NCBI GenBank assembly: GCA_963711635.1
Contig: CAVQEZ010000011.1
Coordinates: forward strand, 61,832 to 125,831
Direction of reading: 5' to 3'
DNA: 64,000 nucleotides
From: an uncultured Pseudomonadota bacterium
GTDB taxonomy: Bacteria > Pseudomonadota > Gammaproteobacteria > Steroidobacterales > Steroidobacteraceae
The translations under genes and the position numbers were made by a program. Positions within the stretch are counted from its first letter, which is position 1. Each line of letters opens with the position of its first letter. Positions 48,830 to 58,618 of this stretch are shown here, one piece after another. The notes beneath the pieces are model-generated. The model had not been told where the DNA came from. It was given only the letters and a program-made list of their open reading frames with translations, and did no database searches.

Positions 48830-51070
48830 TCAATTGCAGCCCGCCGCGTTGATGCCGCCGCTTCCGGACACCGTGACCGTGTCGATATTCGACAGCCCGT
48901 TCGCAGTCGTGGCGACGAGGTGTACGTCGTTCGCGCCTGCGTTCAGTGTCACGGTGGCCGTGCCCGTGTTCGACCACGTGGTCCAACTGCCGGTGCCTGG
49001 CAGCGACACGCTCGAAGTCACCGTCGCACCGTTGACGCGCACGCTGCCGGTTCGATCCGTGGTGGTGCCGTTGGCATGGCGCCATTGCAGCGTGTAGCTG
49101 CCACTTGCAGTGGCGTTCACTCGCCAGCGCACCGCCGTGCCCGAGGCATTGTTGGTGTTGGCGAAGCCGGTGCCGGTGAAACCCGCCTGATTGTTGTCGA
49201 TGGTGCCGTCGACGCCGCAGAAGCCTGTGGTGTTCTCCTGGATCGTGACGCTTCCGCCGGTTGAACCGCCGCCGAGCGCAATGGCCCCCGCCGAGGCCGT
49301 GAGGACCACTCGGTCGAGCCTGGCGCCATCTTCGCGCCGCAAAATTCGCAACGTGTGATTGCCGGCCGGCAGGCTGTTGAACGTCGCCGGCGTCAAGGTC
49401 TGCCAGCCACCGCCGGACACGTTGTTCTGCGTGACCCAGGCGCCGGCATCCAGCTTGTAATAGAACGAATCATCGCCGGCATTCGGCATGCTGGCCTGGA
49501 TGTCGAAGCGGACGTTCGCGGTCTGCGAAAGCGTGAACGGAATTTCCACGCGGCCCGTGGCCGTATCCGAGGGAGTGGCCAATACCTGGTTCGCGCCATT
49601 GTTAGGCCACTGGATGAATTGCCCGCCCGATGCCGTCCCATCGGAACCCACGGCGAACGGCGCGAAGCTGCCCTGACTGGACAGACTCTCCAGCTCGAGC
49701 TGCAGCGCGCTGCCGCCCGGTGTGCCGGTGGCGAACCGCCACCAGTCGACGTTGAACAGCGTGCCGCTCCCGCCGGTGAATCGCAGGAAGACGTTATGCA
49801 GTCCGGTCACGGAGTTGATTGCCGCCGAGACCGTCTGCCAGTTCTGCCAGCCTCCCGTGTTGCCGAGGCTGACCGAACCCACCGGTGCGTTGTTCAGATT
49901 GTCCAGTACGATCTGGATCGTGCCGCCGCTCGTCGCCGACGCCACGCGTGCTTCGAACCGGCCGGCGCCCGCGCCGAAATCGACGTTGGAGATCTGCACC
50001 CAGTCGCCATTGTCGATAAATGCCAGGTTTCTGGCACCTGTCGGAGGACCTTCCGTTTCGATGCCCTGCTCGTTGTCGATGGTCTCTGCTTCATTGACCA
50101 CATAAGGATCGACGTTCTTGAGCTTGGGCACGCCTGCCGGACCGTTTGCCACCTGCTGGATCGTGCCATCGGCGTTGTAGAACAGCCGGTCGACGTTGAT
50201 GGAGCGCTGGAATAGCGAGGCGCCGCGTTCGTTCGCGATGGCGCGGTTGTGATAGAAGATGTACGCCTGGCCGTTGAATTCCACGATCGATTGATGGTTG
50301 TTGTTGCCGTTCTGCCAGGGATTGGGCAGCACGGTGCCGCGGTACGTGAAGCCCGAGGTCGGGTTGCTGCTCGTCATGTAGTCGATGCGCATCCCGGTTT
50401 CCGGAGTCGTGGAATAGCTCAGGTAATAGACGCCGTTGCGCTTGTGCATGTACAGCGCTTCGAAGAAGTTAGGCACGTCGAGCGTGATGGCCGCGCCGTT
50501 GACGCTGATCATGTCGCTGTTCAAGCGGATCACGCGCGCGTTGCCGGGCGCACCGCCGCCGAAGTAGAGATACGCCTGGCCGTCGTCATCGACGAACACG
50601 CCGGGGTCGAACAGCCATTGGACGTTGGCGTTGGGCGTACTGCGGCTGACCAGCGGAGTTCCCCGCGGATCGGTGAACGGGCCAGTGGGGCTGCTGCTCA
50701 CTGCCACACCGATGGCGTTGGCACCGTCGGGAAAATACAGGTAGTAAGTGCCGTTGCGGAAAATCATGTCGGGCGCGTACGCGCGGCTGCCCCAGGTGGT
50801 GTCCCGATCGATGTCGAACACGATGCCGTGGTCGCGCCAATTGATCATGTCGTCCGACGAGAACATGGTGTAGTCGACCATGTCGTAACCGCTCTGGGTG
50901 TCCAGGTCGTGCGAGGTGATGACGTACATGCGGTTGTTGAAAACCCGTGCCGCCGGATCCGCTGTGTAGACATGGGAGACCAGGGGGTTGTCGGCCGTGC
51001 AAACGGCCGCAGCGAAGGCGATCGCCGCCGCGCCAAGGTGGCGCAGTGTGGATTTTTCTCTTCGGTCCAT
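48830..51070 (-). CDS. Secreted glycoside hydrolase family 43 enzyme with CBM6-like and two further carbohydrate-binding modules
   Basis: YTADPAARVFNNRMYVITSHD...YAPDMIFRNGTYYLYF (GH43). IDNGDWVQISNVDFG...GGWQNWQTV (CBM6-like). Two more beta-sandwich modules follow. Confidence 0.85.
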   Translation of the reverse strand: MDRREKSTLRHLGAAAIAFAAAVCTADNPLVSHVYTADPAARVFNNRMYVITSHDLDTQSGYDMVDYTMFSSDDMINWRDHGIVFDIDRDTTWGSRAYAPDMIFRNGTYYLYFPDGANAIGVAVSSSPTGPFTDPRGTPLVSRSTPNANVQWLFDPGVFVDDDGQAYLYFGGGAPGNARVIRLNSDMISVNGAAITLDVPNFFEALYMHKRNGVYYLSYSTTPETGMRIDYMTSSNPTSGFTYRGTVLPNPWQNGNNNHQSIVEFNGQAYIFYHNRAIANERGASLFQRSINVDRLFYNADGTIQQVANGPAGVPKLKNVDPYVVNEAETIDNEQGIETEGPPTGARNLAFIDNGDWVQISNVDFGAGAGRFEARVASATSGGTIQIVLDNLNNAPVGSVSLGNTGGWQNWQTVSAAINSVTGLHNVFLRFTGGSGTLFNVDWWRFATGTPGGSALQLELESLSSQGSFAPFAVGSDGTASGGQFIQWPNNGANQVLATPSDTATGRVEIPFTLSQTANVRFDIQASMPNAGDDSFYYKLDAGAWVTQNNVSGGGWQTLTPATFNSLPAGNHTLRILRREDGARLDRVVLTASAGAIALGGGSTGGSVTIQENTTGFCGVDGTIDNNQAGFTGTGFANTNNASGTAVRWRVNATASGSYTLQWRHANGTTTDRTGSVRVNGATVTSSVSLPGTGSWTTWSNTGTATVTLNAGANDVHLVATTANGLSNIDTVTVSGSGGINAAGCN

Positions 51071-51217
51071 GGTGTGTTTCCTTCCCTGTGATGGCCCACC
51101 GGAGATTCATTCTCGCGGACAGAGCAAGCCAGCATGCATGTGGCTATCACTTATCATCCTGCCAAAACGGTTATGGACCTATGTCAATAGCCAGACATCG
51201 GGAACCAGAGGATTTCG

Positions 51218-52099
51218 TCAGTGGCCGTCTGACGTCAGCGGCGGATACTTCTCGCCGAATTTCAGCTCCACATCCAGATTGTTGGCCAGCACCAGCGGGC
51301 AATTGAAGTACTCGGAGTGTGCACACAAGAAGCTGTACGCAGTGTTGAGGTCGAACGTAATCGTCTGCGGTGGCGATCCCTTCGGGATGTGGATGTCCAC
51401 CACGCGGCCGCCGCCATAGGTCGTCTTGCCGGAGGTGCGATCGCGCAGCAGCAGCAGCAATGCCCCGATCTCCTTCCAATCTTTGCGATTACTGTACGTT
51501 TTCAGGTCGTACGTCTTGCCTGCGATCCGCGCCTGCAGCGTGCCGACCACGTACATGGTGCCGGCCTGCTCACGCGAGTCGAGATAGCTCATGGTCACCG
51601 GCTGCTCATTGCGCCGGAAAGCCCCCGTGATGACGCCGCGCGAGTCATAAGGATAGTAGTCGGGCGCCTTGAATCCATTGCGCGCCGGCAGCTTCGCGTT
51701 GTAAAGCCAGAGCTTGAGGGTTTTCTCGCGCAACAGCGTGCCGCGGACCGTCAGGCCGTTCGGCAGCGCGAGCGCCTCGCCAACTGGCTGGAGCAGGTCT
51801 CGCTGCTTGATGCCGGGCCCCCGGATGAGTGCCTGTCGGTCTTTGAACTCTACCTGCGCGATCGTCGTGGGCGGGACCGTCTTGGTCCAACGCAAGCTGT
51901 CGACACCGCCTGATGACAGATATGCGCTTTCGCCCGAATCGAGCTCCAGCATGTCCTGAATTGCGTAGATGCCGGTCGGTCCGCCGAGTTCTTCGGCGAA
52001 AGCTTTCTTGAAGGCGAGCCAGTCCTGGTAGTGCTGCGAGTCGTCGGCATGTGCGGGCAGAAAAACGAGGAGGAAGGCGCAGCAAATTATCTTTCGCAT
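51218..52099 (-). CDS. DUF1684 domain protein, secreted
   Basis: Has a signal peptide. C-terminal NTAYSFLCAHSEYFNCPLVLANNLDVELKFGEKYP matches the DUF1684 signature. GGAGG SD. Confidence 0.8.
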   Translation of the reverse strand: MRKIICCAFLLVFLPAHADDSQHYQDWLAFKKAFAEELGGPTGIYAIQDMLELDSGESAYLSSGGVDSLRWTKTVPPTTIAQVEFKDRQALIRGPGIKQRDLLQPVGEALALPNGLTVRGTLLREKTLKLWLYNAKLPARNGFKAPDYYPYDSRGVITGAFRRNEQPVTMSYLDSREQAGTMYVVGTLQARIAGKTYDLKTYSNRKDWKEIGALLLLLRDRTSGKTTYGGGRVVDIHIPKGSPPQTITFDLNTAYSFLCAHSEYFNCPLVLANNLDVELKFGEKYPPLTSDGH

Positions 52100-52422
52100 G
52101 TTGACCTCCGTGTCAGCCCTGCTCGCTCGTCAGGAGTATGCCACATTGGAGCTGCAAATCCCGGCCGCGATCGTCTCTATCTACCTACACCTCGAAAGGG
52201 GTAGTGATTCTCCTTCGAATGCGTCACATGCCTGTCGCGATATGCGTGGTACCTTGCGCCCCCGTCGCCACTCGGCGATTCATCAACCTGAAGGAAAATT
52301 CAAATGTCTTCGTCGAATCTTGCCGTGCGCATGGAGCACACGGCAACGGATCTGCTTTCTGACCCGCCGCGCGTCTCTCTCCGCATCGTCGCGAGAAACG
52401 AGCGTCCGGTGCAGGGCGGTCC

Positions 52423-52533
52423 GCGCATTTCTTTCACGAACAGGAAGTTCGTCATTCGCGATCAAGGATTCCGGTACTTCCGCATTCGCTGATCGTCAAC
52501 CAACCAGCTCCGCCATCGGTCGCATCCGCGACG
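52423..52533 (+). repeat. Intergenic repeat, copy A (partner 60874-60958)
   Basis: Two shared blocks: ~44 nt (GCGCATTTCTTTCACGAACAGGAAGTTCGTCATTCGCGATCAA) and 30 nt (AGCTCCGCCATCGGTCGCATCCGCGACG...). Copy A carries ~30 extra nt between them. Confidence 0.65.
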
Positions 52534-52583
52534 ATGCGCGGCAGCGATCAGCCCACGCCGTGGTTTGAAGCTACTATCGTGAA

Positions 52584-53513
52584 GTGATCACTAGACCCTT
52601 GGCGTTCGCCACGGCCACGCTTTGTCTCGCAACCCTGCTCGCGTACGCTGGCCGCTGGTCCTGGTTCTGCGAGTTGCTGGTCAACTTCCGCACGCATTAC
52701 GCATTGCTGCTGGGCCTCGCGCTGGTCGTTGCCGCTGCGTTTCGCCACTGGCGCATCGCGGGCCTCGCGGCCATGGGGCTCGCGCTCAATGTCTGGCCGA
52801 TGTACGGCGCGTTCTTCGGCTCCGGGACGCCACCGGTGTCGAATGCGCGTGCCGTACGCGTGGCCGCGTTCAACTTGCACATCTCGAACGACAACCTGCC
52901 GGGCATCGCCGCGTATCTCGAGTCCCTGGCGGTCGACGTAGCGGTGCTGGAGGAGTTGTCGCCAGCGAATGCAGACCGACTGGCAGCCCTGCTGCCGCGT
53001 CTGCCGCACCGGTACCTGGCCGAAAACGAAGATATCTGGGGAGTCGTGATCCTGAGCCGCTGGCCGCTGCTCGCGCCGCAGCCCGCGACTCAGGACGGAC
53101 GGCGCTTCGCGGCGCGCGTCGACGTCGACCTCGGTGATCGGAAATTTCGTCTCTACGGCGCCCATCTCAACTGGCCGGTGACCCCGCCCAACGTGCGCGT
53201 CCGCAACGCGCAGCTCCAGGCGCTCGGTCGCGAGCTTGCGCAATGTCCGCAGGCCTGCGTTGTCGTCGGCGATTTCAACACCACACCCTGGTCGAGTCAC
53301 TTTCGCGACCTGCTCAACTCCGGCGTACACGACTGCGTTGCCGGCCGCGGATTGCTTGGCACCTGGCCCTCGGGCCTGCCTGCGGTGCTGCGCATCCGCA
53401 TCGATCAATGCCTCGTCGCCGGCGCGGCGAGTGTAGCCGACGTGCGCATCGGCGAGAGCGTGGGTTCCGACCACTTCGCGACCATCAACGACTTGCTGAT
53501 CGGCGGGCCTTGA
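52584..53513 (+). CDS. Membrane-anchored endonuclease/exonuclease/phosphatase (EEP) family protein
   Basis: Three N-terminal TM helices. VAAFNLH, VLEE, VVVGDFNTTPWS and GSDHFA catalytic blocks. GTG start. Confidence 0.8.
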   Translation: MITRPLAFATATLCLATLLAYAGRWSWFCELLVNFRTHYALLLGLALVVAAAFRHWRIAGLAAMGLALNVWPMYGAFFGSGTPPVSNARAVRVAAFNLHISNDNLPGIAAYLESLAVDVAVLEELSPANADRLAALLPRLPHRYLAENEDIWGVVILSRWPLLAPQPATQDGRRFAARVDVDLGDRKFRLYGAHLNWPVTPPNVRVRNAQLQALGRELAQCPQACVVVGDFNTTPWSSHFRDLLNSGVHDCVAGRGLLGTWPSGLPAVLRIRIDQCLVAGAASVADVRIGESVGSDHFATINDLLIGGP

Positions 53514-53576
53514 GATCCGCTGCCTGATCCCTGGAGGTCATGAATTCCGCTCTGTCCTGTAAGACAGGAGCGAGTA

Positions 53577-56500
53577 ATGAAAACAACGATCAAGGGATTG
53601 ACCATCTTTGCCGGTTTGCTGGTGCTATCGGCGCTCGATGCGACGCCCAGCTACGCGCAGCAGTTGCCGACGAGGGTGCTCAAGGTCATGCGCCAGGGCC
53701 TCGGCAACGGCACGGTCGACATCATCACGGGCAACACCACCGTGACCTGCACGGATACCTGCGAACGGACTCTCATCGTGCAGCCCGTGACGCTGGAGGC
53801 GAAAGCGCCTACGGGTACAGCCTTCGTCCGGTGGGAGGGCAACTGTGCTGCAACCACGGGGACAACTTGCTCTTTCTGGCTCACGAGCAACCAGTGGGTC
53901 CGCGCAGTGTTTCGGCAGGATCCGGATGTGCCGCCGCTGCCCGCGGACCTGACGCCCGGGAACATCGAGCAGTACCTGATCGACAATCCCACGGTGACCA
54001 CCACGGCGCAGTTCATGCGCGCGTTGCCCGAGGAATTTCGCAAGGGGTGGATACTCATGACTCGCTCGGAGAGTCTGCAGACCGGCACTGCGCGCTTCCC
54101 GCGCGTCATGCTGCCCAGCGCGGACTCGCGCTATGTCTTCACGCTGGGCCTTGCGGAGCACGCGTCGTATCCGGGCTCGCATCCCGATGCCATCGAGTTC
54201 ATGCAATGGGACGGCAACGAGAAGAACTTCCGGTTCCACGAAATCGTGATGGCGGACATTGGTCCGATGGGCCGGGCCGCTCAGTTTCCCGATCGCCCGC
54301 GCGGCGTGAGCATCGACGAGCAGCGCTGCACGCGCTGCCATTCGACCCGCAACATTCAGGCGAAACCGGGGCAGGCCGGCACCACGGGTTTTCCCGCCGG
54401 CATCGTGAAGGCCAAGAACAAGCCCAACTGGGACAGTTACGACAGCTGGGGCGGCATGCTGCCGTTCAATCGCGACAAGATTTTCCCGGGGACGGTGGAG
54501 GCCGCGGCGTTGCGCCGGCTGCTGAATCCCTGGACCTGGCGCAATGACGAGCCTTCGCGCCGCATCATGGAGCAGCTCGAGCTGCAGTCGAATGCGCCGG
54601 GGACCTTGCCTGTCTACCCGGCGGATGACGTATTCACGCGCATCAATGGCGGCTTCTATGACGGCCAGATCCGCTTCGCCTTCGATGGCACCAACTTCTT
54701 GGGATATGAGCCCAACCCCACGGGACCCACCGTCGGTCCCGTCAACTACAAGTTCGACGGCATCGCGGGGGCGCCGCCCGGGTCGAACGTGGTGCGCCCG
54801 ACGGATACGCCCGTGATCCTGCACGCGTTCGCCACGCCATTTTCCGGTGAAGGCCGTGGCGTGCAGCTCTTCGATCAGCTCGCCGGAGGCGACGGCGGCT
54901 ACAATTACAACCAGATCCGCATCGGCGACGAGCTCGCGAATCACCGTTTTGCCACGGGCAGCGTCCATTTCGACGCGCGGCCGCTGGCGCTGGCAATCAA
55001 CGATGGCTGCATTGCCACCGACTCGTTCGGTGCGATCAGTACGCCCAACGGTGGCACTTTGCTGGATCGCACGGCCTTCTTTTCCGCGCGCCATGGTGGA
55101 AAGAATCTGGCTGCGATCCTCAACGACACCGGTGTGCGTTCCAGGGATCTGCCGCGACGCAAGGCTGACATCCAGAAGCTGAACCTGGATCGCAATGGCG
55201 ACACGTACCTGCTCAACTCTTCGATGACACCGGACATCGACCTGATTTCCGAATATGGGCAGTTCACGGGCTTCGGCACGAGCACGACGCTCGAGCGCCT
55301 GCGCCAGGAAGTGTTCCGCCGCGAAGGCGGCAACGACCAGAGCATCATGGGCGGAAGCTTCTACGTCGATCGCGAGGACTACAACAACACCAACAAGGTG
55401 GCGCTGTTCCGCTACTTCCTCGAACCGCTGGGCGTGGCCGTGGACAAGTGGTCCATCGGCGTGCGCGGGCGCTCGCGCAATTACACTTTCGCCGATGTGC
55501 TTGGCAGCTACCCGGCGCCGATCAGGAATGAGTTGCAGGCCAGCCTGAATGCGGATCCGTACCCGGGCCTGACCAGTACCGGCTGCGGCTCGCTCATCAC
55601 CGCCGTGAACAACGAGTTCGCCAGGCTGCCCGCTGCCAACGGCAGGCCTACCTACACCGACATACAACGCATCTTCAACAAAGGCTGCATCGAGTGCCAC
55701 GGCGGTCTCGACTATCCGCCCTATGCCAAGTACTCGGCCAACCCCAACTACTTCGACCTCTCCGAGCGCGAGAACCCGGCGAACAATGACCGGCTCAAGG
55801 GCTCCTTCGACACGCTCGCGAGCGGCAGCTTCCTGGGCACGAGCTCCGCGGATAGCACGTTGTTCGCGCGGATCACTTCGGCATCGGACTCATGCCCCTA
55901 CGGCGCCATGCCCTGCGGTGGCCCGCGCCTGTCGGCGGCCGACGTCGCCACCGTCAAGCGCTGGCTCGATGGCCCGGCCACGAAGTCGGAAGGGGACCCG
56001 CACCTGGTGACGGTGGACAACATCCCGTATGACTTCCAGAGCGCCGGCGAATTCACGCTGCTGCGCGGACCGGGGATGGAGCTGCAGGCGCGCCACACGC
56101 CAGTAGCCACGGACGGTCCGCTCGGCCCGGATGGCTACACCGGCCTGTCATCCTGTGCGAGCTTGAACACGGCGGCGGCCATGCAGGTCGGCCGCCACCG
56201 CGTGACACTGCAGCCCGGGCTGGGCAACCGCCCCAATCCCGAAGGCCTGGAGCTGCGCATCGATGGCAAGCGGGTGCCCTATCCGGGCCCGCGCGGGATC
56301 GCGCTCGATGACGGCGGCCGCATCATGGCCACCACGGCCTCGGGTGGCATCCAGGTGCAGATGCCGAGCGGCACCGAAGTCATCGTGACGCCCGGGTTCT
56401 GGTCGCACTACCAGCTCTGGTACCTGAACATCAACGTGCGCAATGTGCGCGCAACGTTGGGCCTCATGGGCTCGATCGCGCCACAGAACTGGCTGCCCGC

Positions 56501-57197
56501 ATTGCCCAATGGCAGCACGCTGGGGCGGCAGCCCATCGACCTCGCCAAGCGTCACGACCAGCTGTACGCCACCTTCGCCGACGCCTGGCGAGTCAACAAG
56601 TCGACCAGCCTGTTCGACTATGGCAGCGGCCTCGGACCTGACAGTTTCGTGCTCAAGGGCTGGCCGGCGTTCCAGCCCAAGAGCTGTCAGCTGCCGAAGG
56701 ATTGGACCACGAATCCGAATCTGCCCAAACCACTGGCGCCCGACGAAGCCAGGAAAGCCTGCTCGACGCTCGTGGACCTGGCGCGTCAGGCGAATTGTGA
56801 AGCCGACGCGGTGCTCACTGGCGACATCGGCGTCGCGGCCACGTACCTCGCCACCGAGCGCATCGAGCTCAACGTACGCCCTGAGCGCGTGCAGCTTGGC
56901 AAGCCGGAGGCTTTTGACACCAAGGTGGAGCCGTCCGTGACGTTCAACTGGAAGCGCACCTACGACAAGGACCACGGCAAGCTCACGTACATGCACTGCC
57001 TGTGGCCCCAGGGCACGACGCTCACCATGAAGATGTGCACGGACTTGCCGGAAAGCGCCGAGAGCACCACTGCCCACGACCTCGCGCCTGGACAGTTCTA
57101 CTACTGGAAGGTGCTGGTCGACGACGGCCAGGGCGCCACGGTGGCCAGCGAGACGCGCAAGTTCCAGGTGGCCGGCGAATCGTCCGAAGGCAAGTGA
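53577..57197 (+). CDS. Large secreted multidomain protein: two CxxCH haem motifs plus a VWD-like domain with GDPH
   Basis: AGGAG SD and a Sec signal. CTRCH at nt 54327-54341, CIECH at nt 55686-55700, GDPH at nt 55992-56003 followed by LVTVDNIPYDFQSAGEF. The 1206-aa frame is uninterrupted. Confidence 0.8.
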   Translation: MKTTIKGLTIFAGLLVLSALDATPSYAQQLPTRVLKVMRQGLGNGTVDIITGNTTVTCTDTCERTLIVQPVTLEAKAPTGTAFVRWEGNCAATTGTTCSFWLTSNQWVRAVFRQDPDVPPLPADLTPGNIEQYLIDNPTVTTTAQFMRALPEEFRKGWILMTRSESLQTGTARFPRVMLPSADSRYVFTLGLAEHASYPGSHPDAIEFMQWDGNEKNFRFHEIVMADIGPMGRAAQFPDRPRGVSIDEQRCTRCHSTRNIQAKPGQAGTTGFPAGIVKAKNKPNWDSYDSWGGMLPFNRDKIFPGTVEAAALRRLLNPWTWRNDEPSRRIMEQLELQSNAPGTLPVYPADDVFTRINGGFYDGQIRFAFDGTNFLGYEPNPTGPTVGPVNYKFDGIAGAPPGSNVVRPTDTPVILHAFATPFSGEGRGVQLFDQLAGGDGGYNYNQIRIGDELANHRFATGSVHFDARPLALAINDGCIATDSFGAISTPNGGTLLDRTAFFSARHGGKNLAAILNDTGVRSRDLPRRKADIQKLNLDRNGDTYLLNSSMTPDIDLISEYGQFTGFGTSTTLERLRQEVFRREGGNDQSIMGGSFYVDREDYNNTNKVALFRYFLEPLGVAVDKWSIGVRGRSRNYTFADVLGSYPAPIRNELQASLNADPYPGLTSTGCGSLITAVNNEFARLPAANGRPTYTDIQRIFNKGCIECHGGLDYPPYAKYSANPNYFDLSERENPANNDRLKGSFDTLASGSFLGTSSADSTLFARITSASDSCPYGAMPCGGPRLSAADVATVKRWLDGPATKSEGDPHLVTVDNIPYDFQSAGEFTLLRGPGMELQARHTPVATDGPLGPDGYTGLSSCASLNTAAAMQVGRHRVTLQPGLGNRPNPEGLELRIDGKRVPYPGPRGIALDDGGRIMATTASGGIQVQMPSGTEVIVTPGFWSHYQLWYLNINVRNVRATLGLMGSIAPQNWLPALPNGSTLGRQPIDLAKRHDQLYATFADAWRVNKSTSLFDYGSGLGPDSFVLKGWPAFQPKSCQLPKDWTTNPNLPKPLAPDEARKACSTLVDLARQANCEADAVLTGDIGVAATYLATERIELNVRPERVQLGKPEAFDTKVEPSVTFNWKRTYDKDHGKLTYMHCLWPQGTTLTMKMCTDLPESAESTTAHDLAPGQFYYWKVLVDDGQGATVASETRKFQVAGESSEGK

Positions 57198-57223
57198 ACT
57201 CCAATGAGACCCAGGGAGCTGAC

Positions 57224-57436
57224 ATGAACACGCGATCCTTGCCACGGGCCTCGGTCATCGGAGTTCTCATGGTTCCCGTGATCCTGCTCGGCGGCTGCAG
57301 CACGCTGCCCGTGCAAACGGGAGGCGTTGGCGCGGGCAGCGTTTCCAGTGCTCCGTCGGGAATCGTCTGCGGGCGTGCCGCCAACAACACCTCGGTAAAC
57401 ACGGTCACGACGCAATTGGCACCGCTCAGCTTCTAG
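57224..57436 (+). CDS. 70-aa lipoprotein, hypothetical
   Basis: AGGGAG SD. Lipobox ILLGGC. Confidence 0.55.
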   Translation: MNTRSLPRASVIGVLMVPVILLGGCSTLPVQTGGVGAGSVSSAPSGIVCGRAANNTSVNTVTTQLAPLSF

Positions 57437-57466
57437 CTAATAAGTAGATGGGGCCGCTGTTGTCAC

Positions 57467-57940
57467 TCATTTCGTCTTGCCGTCGGCAGAGGCGTTCGAG
57501 TCGCGCTCGACGGGACTGGCCTCGCGCATCTCCTCCCTGGCTTCCTTGACCGCAGCCATGTCGATGCGGCGCGCGGAGCCGATCCGGCAGAAGTAAGCGG
57601 AGCCCGCTTTGCTTGGGCCCAGCAGCTGCACGGAGTCGGATCCGGGGGTCACCGTTCCGGAGGAGTTGGTTATCGAGATCGATCTCGCCGTGGCGAGCCC
57701 GGAGCACTTCTCGGGCAGCTCCAACAGATGCGGTTGGTCCGCCTCGTCATAGACCATGAGCGCCTGGTCCCCGATCGGCGACCAACGGGTCTGGCGGCCC
57801 TGCAGCCTGGTGATGCGCAAGCTTTCAACCGGCGTCGAATTGGCTTGGTAGAGTTTCAGGCGTTCCTGGTTGGCCGACGTCAGGCTCGCGCAGCCGGCGA
57901 GGACCAGCAACGTCCACAGCAACATCGTCGCGTGCTTCAT
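57467..57940 (-). CDS. Lipoprotein, hypothetical (DUF6491-like)
   Basis: MKHATMLLWTLLVLAGC lipobox. 157 aa. Confidence 0.6.
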   Translation of the reverse strand: MKHATMLLWTLLVLAGCASLTSANQERLKLYQANSTPVESLRITRLQGRQTRWSPIGDQALMVYDEADQPHLLELPEKCSGLATARSISITNSSGTVTPGSDSVQLLGPSKAGSAYFCRIGSARRIDMAAVKEAREEMREASPVERDSNASADGKTK

Positions 57941-58363
57941 GAAGCTCGTCCTCTGTGCGTATGCCCGTCCTCGAGAATGCTCGCCGGAGCGGGCGCATGT
58001 TGTCGGGCCTAAGCCCAATAGACGCGCTATTGCGGCAGTGCATCGATTGCGGGCACTCTTGTCCAAACAATCAAAGGCGCGTCCACGTGCGCACCTAGCT
58101 AGGATCCTCATGAAACCGCAGGATCTCGCGTTCATCGCCCTGGCGACCGCGCTCGCGGACTGCGGTGGGACTTCGATCTGTATCGTGGCTTCCCCGGCAA
58201 TCACCTCGTGCTCGTCGACCCGGCGAACGGACACCCTCGCGATCGTTAGGAGCAGGCTCCGTTCCTATCTACCGGGAGACTGTTTTGCTTGCGGTGGACG
58301 GCAATCGAGAACATGATCGTTCCCGCCCCAACCCGGGAGATTGCACATGAAGAAGAGGCATCC

Positions 58364-58513
58364 ATGAATCTACACGTCGTGATGGGCCCGCTGTTAGCAC
58401 TCATTGCGGGCATCCTGATCCTCATCGTGCCGCGGCTGCTCAACTACATCGTCGCGATATACCTGATCGTCGTCGGCTTGATCGGACTCTTCGGCAGCGG
58501 AATGCTGCGCTGA
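58364..58513 (+). CDS. DUF3096 small membrane protein
   Basis: MNLHVVMGPLLALIAGILILIVPRLLNYIVAIYLIVVGLIGLFG matches the DUF3096 pattern. Confidence 0.65.
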   Translation: MNLHVVMGPLLALIAGILILIVPRLLNYIVAIYLIVVGLIGLFGSGMLR

Positions 58514-58618
58514 ATAGGGCGCCCGCGCTGCCACCCGCAGTGCAACGGATCCACGAATTAACATAGTGAAGGATAAGCGGGCTTCAGTTCGGACGGGCTC
58601 CGCCGATAACCGCTGACC

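Noticed and set aside
52304-52492. 62-aa ORF with an AAGGA SD inside the 52-kb intergenic repeat (...PRISFTNRKFVIRDQGFRYFRIR).
   Set aside because: Nucleotide conservation with the 60.9-kb copy continues past its stop codon, and copy B has no equivalent start or ORF. I treat it as non-coding repeat sequence, but it is not excluded.
53625-55700. 691-aa ORF on the minus strand.
   Set aside because: It is antisense to the 1206-aa gene. The translation is a low-complexity Arg/Ala-rich shadow ORF with no motifs.
58110-58316. 69-aa Cys-rich ORF (MKPQDLAFIALATALADCGG...) as a possible lipoprotein or RiPP precursor.
   Set aside because: The opposite strand has equally high GC3 over the same stretch. 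The lipobox is atypical (Asp at -1). No modifying enzymes are nearby.
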